A program made the translations under genes and the position numbers. From Candidatus Moraniibacteriota bacterium (GTDB lineage: Bacteria; Patescibacteriota; Minisyncoccia; Moranbacterales; UBA2206), in NCBI GenBank assembly GCA_030645735.1, contig JAUSNP010000004.1, forward strand, positions 10,739 to 74,738: a DNA stretch of 64,000 nucleotides. Reading direction: 5' to 3'. How positions within the stretch are numbered: the first letter of the stretch is position 1; each line of letters opens with the position of its first letter. Below, in pieces: positions 30,801 through 38,108 of this stretch. The notes below the pieces were generated by a model. It saw nothing but the letters and a program-made list of their open reading frames with translations, ran no database searches and was not told the DNA's origin.

Positions 30801-32218
30801 GCCCTGCCTCTTGGCGCAATAGTGAAAACATCCCCACCACCGAGAGTTGCAGGTTGTGATATTTTAAAGACACTCTGGCTAACTCCTTCCTTCCCTTGAA
30901 TATGCAGATTGGCGGATGGCGTACTCGTCCCAATCCCCACATTCCCCTCAGCATAAATATTTTTCACATTCAAATCCCCCAACTCCTCCGTATTCTCTCT
31001 TTGAAATAAGTTAAATTGTGACAGAGTGGCGTCCCAGACCAAGGCTGCATAGCCGTTTAGGCTCGAGCGATAGAAACGCAAGCCCATAGTTTCATCAACT
31101 GTTGAATCAGTGTTGATGGCAAAGTATTCACTGGTAGTTCCGTTTAGGTCTGTTCCACCTACACTCATGTTGTCTACATACAAGCTAGACCAGTGATTGG
31201 TAGCTGAGCCCAAATTAAGTCCCGTGGTTGATGGAATCAAATTGGAATTGATGGTCACATTCTCACCCGAGGTTCCCAGTGTGGCCTCACCATTGATGAT
31301 GAGTGATCTAGCATTGATAGTTCCAGCAACATCCAGCGCATAGGCAGGATTGTCTACGCCGATGCCGACATTGCCGTTGTTTAAAATCACCATCCGTTTA
31401 ACATCGGCGATTTTGATGAAAACATCACCTATGCCATCGGCGTTGGAGTCAGCGATGACCAATGCGTCGTCCGTATTGGAAATGTTTTGAGAAGAGATCA
31501 AATCTCCCCAAGCCGGCAAGCCGTTGATGACGCTTAGGACTTGTCCATTAGTACCAATTTTTAAATTAGACAGTGTGTTAGCAGCTGAAGCAAAAAGGGT
31601 GTCGCCGACGGTGTAGGTGGTGAGACCAGTGCCACCAAAGTTTGTGGTGACAGCATCGCCTTCCCAGGTTCCCGTGGCAATCACGCCGAGCGTTGTGATG
31701 CTGGGTAGAATTTTAGCATCGATCTTTCCACCTTTAGCTAGTTGCACAATGTTGCCTTCGGCTGTGCCAAGAGTGGCGCCACCGACTGAGTAGGAATCTG
31801 AAGCCAATGGCACAGCACCAATCTTTTTTCTGGGCACCATTTCACTGTCTGTGTTGATGCGGATACCGATGTAGTAATCATTTTCAGAAAAGTTCAAATC
31901 GGCCGGCAAAGGAGTTTCTTCCCCGAGGAAAGCGCCGATAGAACCGTTTTCAATTTTCACCTTTTGGGTTTCCTCCCAAACTCTGGCTCCAGCATCAGCA
32001 TTAGATGGATAACCATCTGTCTTTGTGCGGTCAGTGGTGTAAATGGCAAAACGGATGTCATATTCCCCATTGGGAATTTCTTTGTTTTTGTTGTTGAGGA
32101 TGTAGGCGGAGACATCGAGTTTTTTGATGGCTTGCGCGTGATTGGAAAAAAACAAAAGACTGCCTACTGTTGTTAGTAGAGCGACAGTTGCAATTAGTTT
32201 TGTTTTTGTTCTAAACAT
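24875..32218 (-). CDS. Giant secreted surface protein 3 (2447 aa). It has a signal peptide, tail-fibre-like NTxG/AxG beta-helical repeats, and ends in the conserved C-terminal module.
   Basis: The N-terminal signal peptide is MFRTKTKLIATVALLTTVGSLLFFSNHAQA. There are long runs of the YxSxxGxxAL..NTTGxxN(T/S)A.G repeat type seen in phage tail-fibre/beta-helix proteins. The SGDFLDF module and the C-terminal roughly 330 aa are shared with giants 1 and 2. Confidence 0.8.
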   Translation of the reverse strand: MFRTKTKLIATVALLTTVGSLLFFSNHAQAIKKLDVSAYILNNKNKEIPNGEYDIRFAIYTTDRTKTDGYPSNADAGARVWEETQKVKIENGSIGAFLGEETPLPADLNFSENDYYIGIRINTDSEMVPRKKIGAVPLASDSYSVGGATLGTAEGNIVQLAKGGKIDAKILPSITTLGVIATGTWEGDAVTTNFGGTGLTTYTVGDTLFASAANTLSNLKIGTNGQVLSVINGLPAWGDLISSQNISNTDDALVIADSNADGIGDVFIKIADVKRMVILNNGNVGIGVDNPAYALDVAGTINARSLIINGEATLGTSGENVTINSNLIPSTTGLNLGSATNHWSSLYVDNMSVGGTDLNGTTSEYFAINTDSTVDETMGLRFYRSSLNGYAALVWDATLSQFNLFQRENTEELGDLNVKNIYAEGNVGIGTSTPSANLHIQGKEGVSQSVFKISQPATLGGGDVFTIAPRGRAVFTNNAQGAALTINQNISNTALELSTVASGSSGIYLYQSGVTTGNALSLSQTTSAFSGDGINMNFANGSGSFSGDFLDFNVNSVNKFKLDASGNGYFAGNLGIGTSSPNNFLQVAGLINFNNSLYSTSLGYQAGNANAGIHNSFVGYQAGALNTTGQDNIAVGYQALYSNTGGYNIAIGTGTLYSNTASNNIAVGYQTLNRNTAGQNNVAVGYQSMMYNIDGWSNSAFGMRALRYNTAGGYNSAFGVYAIYSNTTGSYNSAVGVDALRGNTTGNSNVGVGNGAGFQNSVGSGNIFVGYNAGYNELGSNKLYIDNSNTALPLIYGDFSTDALTINGTVGISGASTAGAKLTINGRVSQTGLGRSTYFGEDAGKVDDLTNNDNTGIGYLALFSNTTGGYNSALGNQALRANIAGFYNSALGNSALFSNTTGSYNSAFGPLALYSNTTGSYNSAMGNMALYSNTSGNSNIAIGLYALISNTTGSNNYAIGQETLRNISTNSNNIGFGYQAGYSALGSGNIFLGYQAGYSETGSDKLYIDNSNTATPLIYGDFSTNILAVNGSLGIGTTTPNNLLQVAGLINFDSAKNSTLIGAGASVNNTGNYNTALGVYVLGPNNTGMMNTAIGSYTLYANTSGAYNVAVGSEALRMNVLGSSNVAIGPYSLRNTIADNNSAMGYQSGFSITTGTYNTFLGNSAGNNASQKVDATNSMALGNGAYTTASNQVVLGNASVVETILRGNVGIGTTNPAYKLDIGGGDLNLAQNQYVRLGGAALFTHDGNSTSGTLSMGSANSINMRFNAGATDRMYIQASSGNVGIGTTTPGAKLEISSTTDNPIRLRKTTGGWNYIEFYNNTARQGYFGIDNSNNFLFAPELGGNIIVSNSSGTALLTVVNATGNIGIGTTTPNNSLQVSGLINFDDARFSTFLGYQAGNVNTGNWNTFTGYQAGNSNTTGGVNTANGYRALRFNTTGQENTANGGQALYTNTTGLQNTANGMNALYVNTTGSYNTANGRHTLFSNTTGSFNTANGVDTLYSNIIGNYNTGVGYQAGYSVLGSGNIFIGYKSGYSETGSNKLYIDNSNTASPLIYGDFSTDIVAFNGSVGIGTATPTSLLQVDGNGGYVSAMINSAAGQSRDLMFSSGGLSRWIIRANSVAESGSDVGTNLEFVSRTDAGALKSTVMTLLRTNGYVGIGTTAPAYKLEVAGSGLGDQFQITKFGNDGNASYGSWLKTRGTTAGSMVTTQDGDYLGIFQFGGVTSVNTFGQAARIIVQQDGTAGSTFYNPANMQFRVSSNTAEITAMTIKPTGNVGIGTTAPESKLHVISGASEIITLERATAITNSVASALFVRHTTSGDMVDGFGSSLTFQIKDSAGVANAVGSIQALRVGADNTSSLLLNSYSAGTPVEGMRITSNGRIGMGVTVPAEKLDILGNIKLSSTYPALRFKPTAWTENADFQVGINDSFTLEGAYAGFYIPANKGFLVSRGTNSHNFIVNSTTGYVGIGTNSPVGELHVTSSDTVSADRGITSSQHASSVHSALLNLRKSRGTILSPSTLANGDYIGSVGFFGYGTAYTQRATIFAIVNGTVVADSVPTDLVFRTGSTVVAEQMRITSAGNIGIGTSNPTAKLDVVGQTTSSDGFIQKTNAGACTDLTFTTATDGLTCLDTTLGTERLYFRTGGTWSYIAKTGGFQIPNYEVAPLNQLSKNTLKGVTPNELTHFQNYLTQQITPGELLIPYADSTLQDGAIHGLYARFADVKDQMFQEQISQIENLNLQVTGNITTVAELKNSVNTQFGSIEKSLSEITNNQDTSTKQISNINDQINAQTQNIASLQTITETLQQQITTLQSQIATPVNIAQIDANTQSIDYLNQLLGITDTSKAGDITIVGKLTSQITETGSIIITVDPKNKDKATIGEATIKAGDTSVTVNTKAVSGDSKVFVTSMIVTDQPLAVTKINAGEGFIVKIKIPSVEDLKFNWWLVDSK

Positions 32219-32252
32219 TCTTGATTAATATTCCTTGTGTTAAATTTGTTTT

Positions 32253-32915
32253 CTACTTTTCATTGATTGCCCAACCGAAGATATCATCAAAAGCTTTGCC
32301 GACTAGTTCAAAAACCGAGACAGCACGCGAACCAGAATAGATGCCATAGAAACCAGAAGTCAGTGAGTTGTTCCAGCGATCTTTACTTTTGATTTGATAA
32401 AGGTAACCCGTGCCTTGTGCTAAATTAGGTAGAACCAAACTGTGACTGAAACCAAAGCCATTCTCTTTGGCAGTTTTGGAACCCTGACCATTATTCTTGG
32501 CGTAGCTGATTTCTGAGTTAGTGAGTTTGTTAGATTTCCAAGTGATGACGGCGCGCGACTCTTCCCCTTTTTTATCAGCGAAGACTTCGCTTTTGATGTC
32601 ATAGATTTCAATCGGCAGACTTTCTTGATCGTCGCCAGCAACGAGGGTATCCCCCCCGAATCTAACTTGCTTGATGGTGAAGTTTTCACTGGTCAGATTC
32701 TTGTTTTGAGCAATGATTTCAGCAGGAATATCAGCGGTGTTTTCAGGTAAGATTTCGGTGACAGTTTTTTTCTCGATGGTGATGGGAGTTTCAGTTTTGA
32801 CGATGACTTCGGGAAGGTTATTTGACTTTTGTTTGAGCCATAGATACGAAAAAGCGGCCACTAAAAAAATTACAGTGATGACTGTTGCTATGCTCCATAA
32901 TTTTCTTTCGCTCAT
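32253..32915 (-). CDS. Membrane-anchored hypothetical protein, immediately upstream of giant gene 3 and co-oriented with it
   Basis: A 220-aa ORF with an N-terminal TM helix. It lies 34 nt from the start of the giant gene. Confidence 0.5.
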   Translation of the reverse strand: MSERKLWSIATVITVIFLVAAFSYLWLKQKSNNLPEVIVKTETPITIEKKTVTEILPENTADIPAEIIAQNKNLTSENFTIKQVRFGGDTLVAGDDQESLPIEIYDIKSEVFADKKGEESRAVITWKSNKLTNSEISYAKNNGQGSKTAKENGFGFSHSLVLPNLAQGTGYLYQIKSKDRWNNSLTSGFYGIYSGSRAVSVFELVGKAFDDIFGWAINEK

Positions 32916-32989
32916 GAGTGGATTATACCATTTTTTTGCTTGCAGAACAATGATTTTTAGATAAGTTATCCACAGTTATACGCAAACAA

Positions 32990-33020
32990 AAAAATCTGAC
33001 CAGAAGGGTCAGATTTTTAA
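32990..33020 (-). terminator. Intrinsic terminator downstream of gyrB
   Basis: aaaaaaatctgacc-agaag-ggtcagattttt. Confidence 0.6.
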
Positions 33021-33043
33021 AAATTTATAAACTAAATCTGTAC

Positions 33044-35128
33044 TTATACATCCAGATTTTTTACACTCTTAGCGTGAGTCTGAATAAATCGGCGCCGCGG
33101 TTCAACTTCTGAACCCATCAAAACATCAAACATCTTGTCAGCCGCTTCCGCGTCTTCAATGTTCACTTGCAACATCAAGCGATGCGCCGGATCCATGGTG
33201 GTATCCCAAAGTTGTTCTGGATTCATTTCTCCGAGACCTTTATAGCGTTGAATATTGATGCCGAGTGCCTTTTCTTCAGTGAGTTCCTCTGCTTCACCCT
33301 CTTCGCTATCAGTTTCCATAGTCATATTTTCCTCCACGGTCTTCAATGCTTCCAAAGCATCATCTTCATCCTTTTTGTCCTTCTTGTCTTTTTTAGTTTT
33401 GGCCAAAGTGGCTTTTATTTTTTCAATGGCCACAACTTTTTCTTCATCCGTGAAAACATATTGCACATCTTTGCCTTTTTGAATTCGGTAGAGCGGTGGT
33501 TGGGCAATATAAATAAATCCGCTACGAATCAACGGTTCATAATAACGATAGAAAAAAGTCAAAAGCAAAGTTCGAATATGTGATCCATCAACATCGGCAT
33601 CGGCCATGATGATGATTCGATGATATCTCAATTTATCAATATTGAAACTTTCGCCAATGCCTGCTCCCAGCGCGATGATGATTGGCTTCAAGGTGTCAGA
33701 TTTCACCACCTTGTCCAAAGTAGTTTTTTCCACATTCACCAATTTTCCACGCAATGGCAAAATGGCTTGGAATTTTCGGTCGCGTCCTTGTTTAGCTGAA
33801 CCACCAGCAGAGTCTCCCTCTACAATGTACAATTCAGTTTCAGCTGGATTTCGTGAAGAACAATCAGCCAATTTTCCTGGAAGAGTCATGCCTTCCAAAG
33901 CGCCTTTGCGAATCACGGCATCCTTAGCGGCGCGTGCTGCAATTCTGGCTTTGCAGGTCAACAAACATTTACCAATGATTGCCTTGGCATTGTTAGGATG
34001 TGATTCAAGATAATCTGCCAACGCTTCCGCCATCACACTCGAAACTGCGCCACGCATTTCTGAATTGCCCAACTTAGCTTTGGTCTGTCCTTCAAATTGC
34101 GGGTTGCGCAATTTCACACTGATAACCGCTGTCAAACCTTCTTGCAAATCTTCGGCTGTCAAATTTTCTTCTTTTTCTTTAAGAATATTATTTTTTCTAG
34201 CATAGGCATTCACCACGCGCGTCAAAGCAGTGCGGAAACCGACTTCATGCATTCCACCCTCTGGCGTAAAAATGTTATTGGCAAAAGAAAAAACATGCTC
34301 TTTATAACTGTCCGTATATTGCATAGCAATTTCCACCACTGTATCAGTCGTGTCATCTTTCTTTTCTACATAGAAAGGCAATTCATTCTTGATTTCCTTG
34401 CCACGATTTAAAAATTTGATAAATGAAACCAGTCCTCCATCAAACAAAAAGCCATAAGCCCGTTCCTTGCCAGCTTCTCGACTATCATAAACTTTGATGG
34501 TGATGCCTTTGGTCAAAAAAGCTTGGTGCCTGACATAGCCCAAAATCTTTTCCCAGCTATATTTTATTTCTGGGAAAATTTGCGGGTCAGCTTGAAAAGA
34601 AATAGTTGTTCCAGTCTTGTCAGATTTGCCAGTCACTTTTGGTTCCTTGCTTTTTGGCACACCGCGTTCAAATTCCATCGCATACACTTTGCCATCACGA
34701 CGCACTTCCGCCTTGGTCCAAACTGACAACGCATTCACCACGGACACACCCACACCATGCAAACCACCAGAGATTTTGTAGCCATTGCCACCAAATTTTC
34801 CTCCAGCATGCAAAACGGTCAACACAGTTTCCAAGGTTGATTTTTTAGTTTGCGGATGAATTTCAACTGGGATTCCACGACCATCATCCGAAATTTCTAC
34901 CAAATCGTTTGGCAAAAGTTTAATGATAATATCTTTTCCATAACCCGCCATCGCCTCATCGATGGAGTTATTAATAACCTCCCAAATCAAATGATGCAGA
35001 CCTTCAGTTGAAGTTCCACCAATATACATTCCGGGGCGTTTGCGCACTGGCTCTAGTCCCTCCAAGACCTGGATGGAGCTAGCAGTGTACCCGCCATTAT
35101 CTTTTTTTAATTCTTTTTCTTTAGCCAT
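33044..35128 (-). CDS. gyrB: DNA gyrase subunit B (type IIA topoisomerase ATPase subunit). It carries an acidic/lysine-rich low-complexity insertion near the C-terminus.
   Basis: The GHKL ATPase N-terminus is ...VRKRPGMYIGGTS..GLHHLIWEVINNSIDEAMAG.... The TOPRIM segment is ...ELYIVEGDSAGGSAKQGRDRKFQAILPLRGK.... The C-terminus is ...GLGEMNPEQLWDTTMDP.... Confidence 0.9.
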   Translation of the reverse strand: MAKEKELKKDNGGYTASSIQVLEGLEPVRKRPGMYIGGTSTEGLHHLIWEVINNSIDEAMAGYGKDIIIKLLPNDLVEISDDGRGIPVEIHPQTKKSTLETVLTVLHAGGKFGGNGYKISGGLHGVGVSVVNALSVWTKAEVRRDGKVYAMEFERGVPKSKEPKVTGKSDKTGTTISFQADPQIFPEIKYSWEKILGYVRHQAFLTKGITIKVYDSREAGKERAYGFLFDGGLVSFIKFLNRGKEIKNELPFYVEKKDDTTDTVVEIAMQYTDSYKEHVFSFANNIFTPEGGMHEVGFRTALTRVVNAYARKNNILKEKEENLTAEDLQEGLTAVISVKLRNPQFEGQTKAKLGNSEMRGAVSSVMAEALADYLESHPNNAKAIIGKCLLTCKARIAARAAKDAVIRKGALEGMTLPGKLADCSSRNPAETELYIVEGDSAGGSAKQGRDRKFQAILPLRGKLVNVEKTTLDKVVKSDTLKPIIIALGAGIGESFNIDKLRYHRIIIMADADVDGSHIRTLLLTFFYRYYEPLIRSGFIYIAQPPLYRIQKGKDVQYVFTDEEKVVAIEKIKATLAKTKKDKKDKKDEDDALEALKTVEENMTMETDSEEGEAEELTEEKALGINIQRYKGLGEMNPEQLWDTTMDPAHRLMLQVNIEDAEAADKMFDVLMGSEVEPRRRFIQTHAKSVKNLDV

Positions 35129-35140
35129 ACTGATAAAATT

Positions 35141-35290
35141 ACAAATTCAAAATTACAAATATCAAACAAATTCAAAATTACAATTTTCAAAATTCAAAAC
35201 AATTTTGAATTTCAATTTTTGGTTATTGTGATTTATTTGGAATTTGAGATTTTGAATTTTGGATTTAACAAATTATAAATTTTTAAAAAA
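35141..35290. repeat. Intergenic palindromic repeat element, about 130-150 bp, copy 1 (MITE/REP-like)
   Basis: It shares the blocks caaaattacaattttcaaaattcaaaa and ttggttattgt(g/a)(a/g)tttatttggaatttgagattttg(a/g)atttt with 51233-51362. The two halves are roughly reverse-complementary. Confidence 0.7.
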
Positions 35291-35295
35291 TCTCG

Positions 35296-35667
35296 CTACT
35301 CCCTAGATACAAAATAAAACTCTATCAAAAATATTCCTGCCAACAACAATAATCCATCCCACCAAACTAGCAATCTCAGGCTTTGCAAAATCAGAAGTCC
35401 AATCGCAAACAATGCCAACAACATTCCCTGTCGAAAACTAAGTCCGACATTGGAAAAAGCATTTTCCATATCCACATTTTTTCTACGTAACCACAACAAC
35501 AACAGATTGAAAAGCCCACTCAGAGCAAAAAACAAACTGCAATAAAAAAGCAATTTGCCCGCCACACCTGTCGCATCTGGATCAACGAATTTGACCACAA
35601 AAACAAATGCCACAACTGAAAGCAAAGTTACCAAACGAATGCCCCAAATGTATGATTTTAAGGTCAT
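35296..35667 (-). CDS. Small integral membrane protein (4 TM helices), hypothetical
   Basis: A 123-aa hydrophobic ORF. Confidence 0.45.
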   Translation of the reverse strand: MTLKSYIWGIRLVTLLSVVAFVFVVKFVDPDATGVAGKLLFYCSLFFALSGLFNLLLLWLRRKNVDMENAFSNVGLSFRQGMLLALFAIGLLILQSLRLLVWWDGLLLLAGIFLIEFYFVSRE

Positions 35668-35897
35668 AGAAGTTTAATTGTTTTTTTATTTTACTTTTTT
35701 AATTATACAGCATTTCAAATATTTTGGCAAAGGCTTAAATAAAGCAAAAACAGTCCGCCAAGACGAACTGTTTTTGATATGCGGGAAGGACAGTTGATAG
35801 GTGGGAACATGTTTCCAAGGCTGGTGACTGGCATTTTGGAGAATTGGGATAGGATTGAGGTGAAAGTGGAAAGGATGGAGACTTTGATGAAGGGTTG

Positions 35898-36113
35898 CTA
35901 GTTACTAGCCTTGTCTTGCGTTTGTTTCATCTTTGCTAGAGCGCCATTTATAAACACCATTCCGAGCCTACTAAGCTTATCCATATGTAATTCAGCCTCA
36001 TCCTCGGTGATTTTCTTGCCGGAGCGTTCGAATATGAGATTCTGACACTTCTTGATTAGCTCATTTGAATATGTGCGACTTGGTTGTTCTTCTCTTTTTA
36101 AGTTTGTCATATT
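35898..36113 (-). CDS. Small protein of the paralogous ELIKKCQ..IFERSGKKIT.DEAE family, copy 1
   Basis: The start is chosen at the internal Met (MTNLKREEQPSRTYSNELIKKCQNLIFERSGKKITEDEAELHMDKL...) by alignment with copy 2. It is followed by an intrinsic-terminator-like hairpin at about 35740-35770. Confidence 0.5.
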   Translation of the reverse strand, partial: NMTNLKREEQPSRTYSNELIKKCQNLIFERSGKKITEDEAELHMDKLSRLGMVFINGALAKMKQTQDKASN

Positions 36114-36192
36114 CTTTGTGATGATAGTGAAAACAAATTGACCACACTCTTTATTATGCAACAATTGAATAAAAAAATTTTACTTTTTTTAT

Positions 36193-36642
36193 CTAAATTA
36201 TATTTAGATAGACAAAAAATAAAACACTTATAAGATTCACGAATAACAACGCCGTCATAACAAAAGTTTGAATTTCGATAAATTTCGATTGCCATGCCTT
36301 TCCTCCAAATGGGCCAACTAGATGTTTTCCAGTTTCTCTTGCGTGTTTAGTATAAACTTCGGCTGATTCTCGAGTAATTAAAAAATAAAAGAGATTTTCC
36401 AATAAAGCCGCCAAAACAATTAAAACAGCGGTGAGAATTATGATAAAAAAGAAAACTTTCTTGTAATTTGTATCAAGAGACACTGATGTTGAAAGAAAGA
36501 AAAGCCCCGATGTAACAGGCGTGTATATTGTCAAAAGAAGTTTTGAAAATATCCTTCTTTCTTTATCTGTTTCATTAATCAGTTTGTTAAACACCCGCAT
36601 GATTGTTAGTTCATCATTTGGATCTAATTTATCGGTATCCAT
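36193..36642 (-). CDS. Integral membrane protein, hypothetical, downstream partner of copy 2 of the small protein family
   Basis: A 149-aa ORF with three hydrophobic helices. It lies 21 nt from the preceding gene. Confidence 0.45.
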   Translation of the reverse strand: MDTDKLDPNDELTIMRVFNKLINETDKERRIFSKLLLTIYTPVTSGLFFLSTSVSLDTNYKKVFFFIIILTAVLIVLAALLENLFYFLITRESAEVYTKHARETGKHLVGPFGGKAWQSKFIEIQTFVMTALLFVNLISVLFFVYLNII

Positions 36643-36663
36643 TTCGGTTAATAACTAAATTTA

Positions 36664-36855
36664 TTATTTCTTTTTTACTTGTTCCTCTTGATCCAAAACT
36701 TTCACCGCCAGCATGAAATAGCGCGCAAATTTTTCGAGATATAATTCGGCCTTGTCCTTAGTGATTTTTTTGCCGGAGCGTTCAAATATGATCCGCTGGC
36801 ACTTTTTAATCAATTCACTCGAGAATGTGCGTTTTGGCTGATTTTCTTTTATCAT
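36664..36855 (-). CDS. Small protein of the ELIKKCQ..IFERSGKKIT family, copy 2
   Basis: MIKENQPKRTFSSELIKKCQRIIFERSGKKITKDKAELYLEKFARYF.... Identity to copy 1 is clear. Confidence 0.55.
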   Translation of the reverse strand: MIKENQPKRTFSSELIKKCQRIIFERSGKKITKDKAELYLEKFARYFMLAVKVLDQEEQVKKK

Positions 36856-36921
36856 ATTATTTGCCTTGTTGCAAAAACAAATCGCTGTTGTGCTTATTAT
36901 GCGATAGAGCGATTAAAAAAA

Positions 36922-37221
36922 TTACTTTTTTCCAGATTCCAAATTTTGTTCGGCTGGCGAAAGACCACCGGCGGCTTTATGCGGAAAATAATTCCAAGCG
37001 TCTGTGACAAGCTCCAAAACATTGCCCAATTCTGAGGCATCGCCACCACGGTCAAACATCGCCACGACATGCATAAAATCATCCTGCTCTTCTTCGTTGA
37101 AAATCGCATCTTTGATATCTCGCAATTCAAAATCACTTTCAGTTTCTTCAAGCATTTCCAAAATCTCGCTTTCAATTTCTTTGCGCCTTTCTAAAATTTC
37201 TTCTTTTGTTTCAGTTTCCAT
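36922..37221 (-). CDS. Acidic small cytoplasmic protein, hypothetical, 5 nt downstream of the serine protease gene
   Basis: A 99-aa ORF rich in E/D (MFDRGGDASELGNVLELVTDAWNYF). It overlaps an alternative-frame ORF that is judged spurious. Confidence 0.45.
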   Translation of the reverse strand: METETKEEILERRKEIESEILEMLEETESDFELRDIKDAIFNEEEQDDFMHVVAMFDRGGDASELGNVLELVTDAWNYFPHKAAGGLSPAEQNLESGKK

Positions 37222-37226
37222 ATTTT

Positions 37227-38102
37227 TTATTTTTCAGATCCAACATCTTGAACTTTTGCCTCCTCGGTTTTTTGAGGTAGAGGAATTTTGTCAATAATTT
37301 CAAATATTAATTCGATAGGCACAACTCTTACTAATCCAGTTTGTTCTGTAAATATTATTCTAGGCTCACCAGTCTGCTGACTAATAGCAACATCAGAATA
37401 ATTTTCTCCTGAACTAACAACGCCTATTAATCCTGCGGAAGGATTACTTTGGGTGCCAGCAATTGCTAGCAATTCCGGTTTATGGATAACTGGGCCTCCA
37501 CTATTTCCGGGATAAGCCGAAGCATCGATATAGAAAAAACCTTCCCCCAATACTTCTTCATCAACTCTAGCTATTATTCCTTGTCTAACAATAACAAAAT
37601 TTCTTGCTTTACCACTTATACGCATTGGAAATCCAAGTACAAACAATCCATCGCCGGTTGAAATATTTTTTGTTGCAAAATCTTTAGCATAAAATAACTC
37701 TTCCCCAACAAAAAAATCGTAATTTATTTTTGCCTCGTCTATTGCAGTAGCGTTAATTGGAAGCACCGCCAAATCAACTCTTTCATCTTCGTGCATTAAC
37801 CAGAGAGGACAACCATCACTCTTTAATAAATTCACTTTGAAATAATGACTTTTATTATCCAAAGTGTTAAATCTAAAAAATACCTCCTTGAGAAATTCCT
37901 TTGTTTTTTTATTCTGATATACATGCCTATTTGTCACAATAAACAACCTGAAGAGGGCGCCTCCTTCATTACTTTTGCCTGTTGGTTTTCCCACCAAAAA
38001 ACCCGTTGCAATTGAGTTTTTTTGCAACAATCCATTATTATCTTTACTCTCAACTTCAATTGATACAACTGAGTTTAAATAATGTGGTGGTATTAATGAC
38101 AT
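37227..38102 (-). CDS. Trypsin-like (S1/chymotrypsin fold) serine protease with no signal peptide, sitting within the R-M operon
   Basis: His (..TNRHVY..), Asp (..RVDLAVLPI..) and Ser (..GNSGGPV..) triad motifs appear in canonical order. The gene is co-directional with res and lies 6 nt downstream of it. Confidence 0.7.
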   Translation of the reverse strand: MSLIPPHYLNSVVSIEVESKDNNGLLQKNSIATGFLVGKPTGKSNEGGALFRLFIVTNRHVYQNKKTKEFLKEVFFRFNTLDNKSHYFKVNLLKSDGCPLWLMHEDERVDLAVLPINATAIDEAKINYDFFVGEELFYAKDFATKNISTGDGLFVLGFPMRISGKARNFVIVRQGIIARVDEEVLGEGFFYIDASAYPGNSGGPVIHKPELLAIAGTQSNPSAGLIGVVSSGENYSDVAISQQTGEPRIIFTEQTGLVRVVPIELIFEIIDKIPLPQKTEEAKVQDVGSEK

Positions 38103-38108
38103 AAGATT

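Noticed and set aside
33167-34848. Plus-strand ORFs antisense to gyrB (33167-33583, 33255-33482, 33642-34013 and others), some of them low-complexity S/F-rich
   Set aside because: They are antisense to a well-supported essential gene and to its low-complexity acidic insert. No independent signals support them.
36897-37175. Alternative 92-aa ORF overlapping the acidic 99-aa ORF in another frame
   Set aside because: The 36922-37221 frame gives a compositionally coherent acidic protein with tight operon spacing. The overlapping frame is K/R/S-rich junk.
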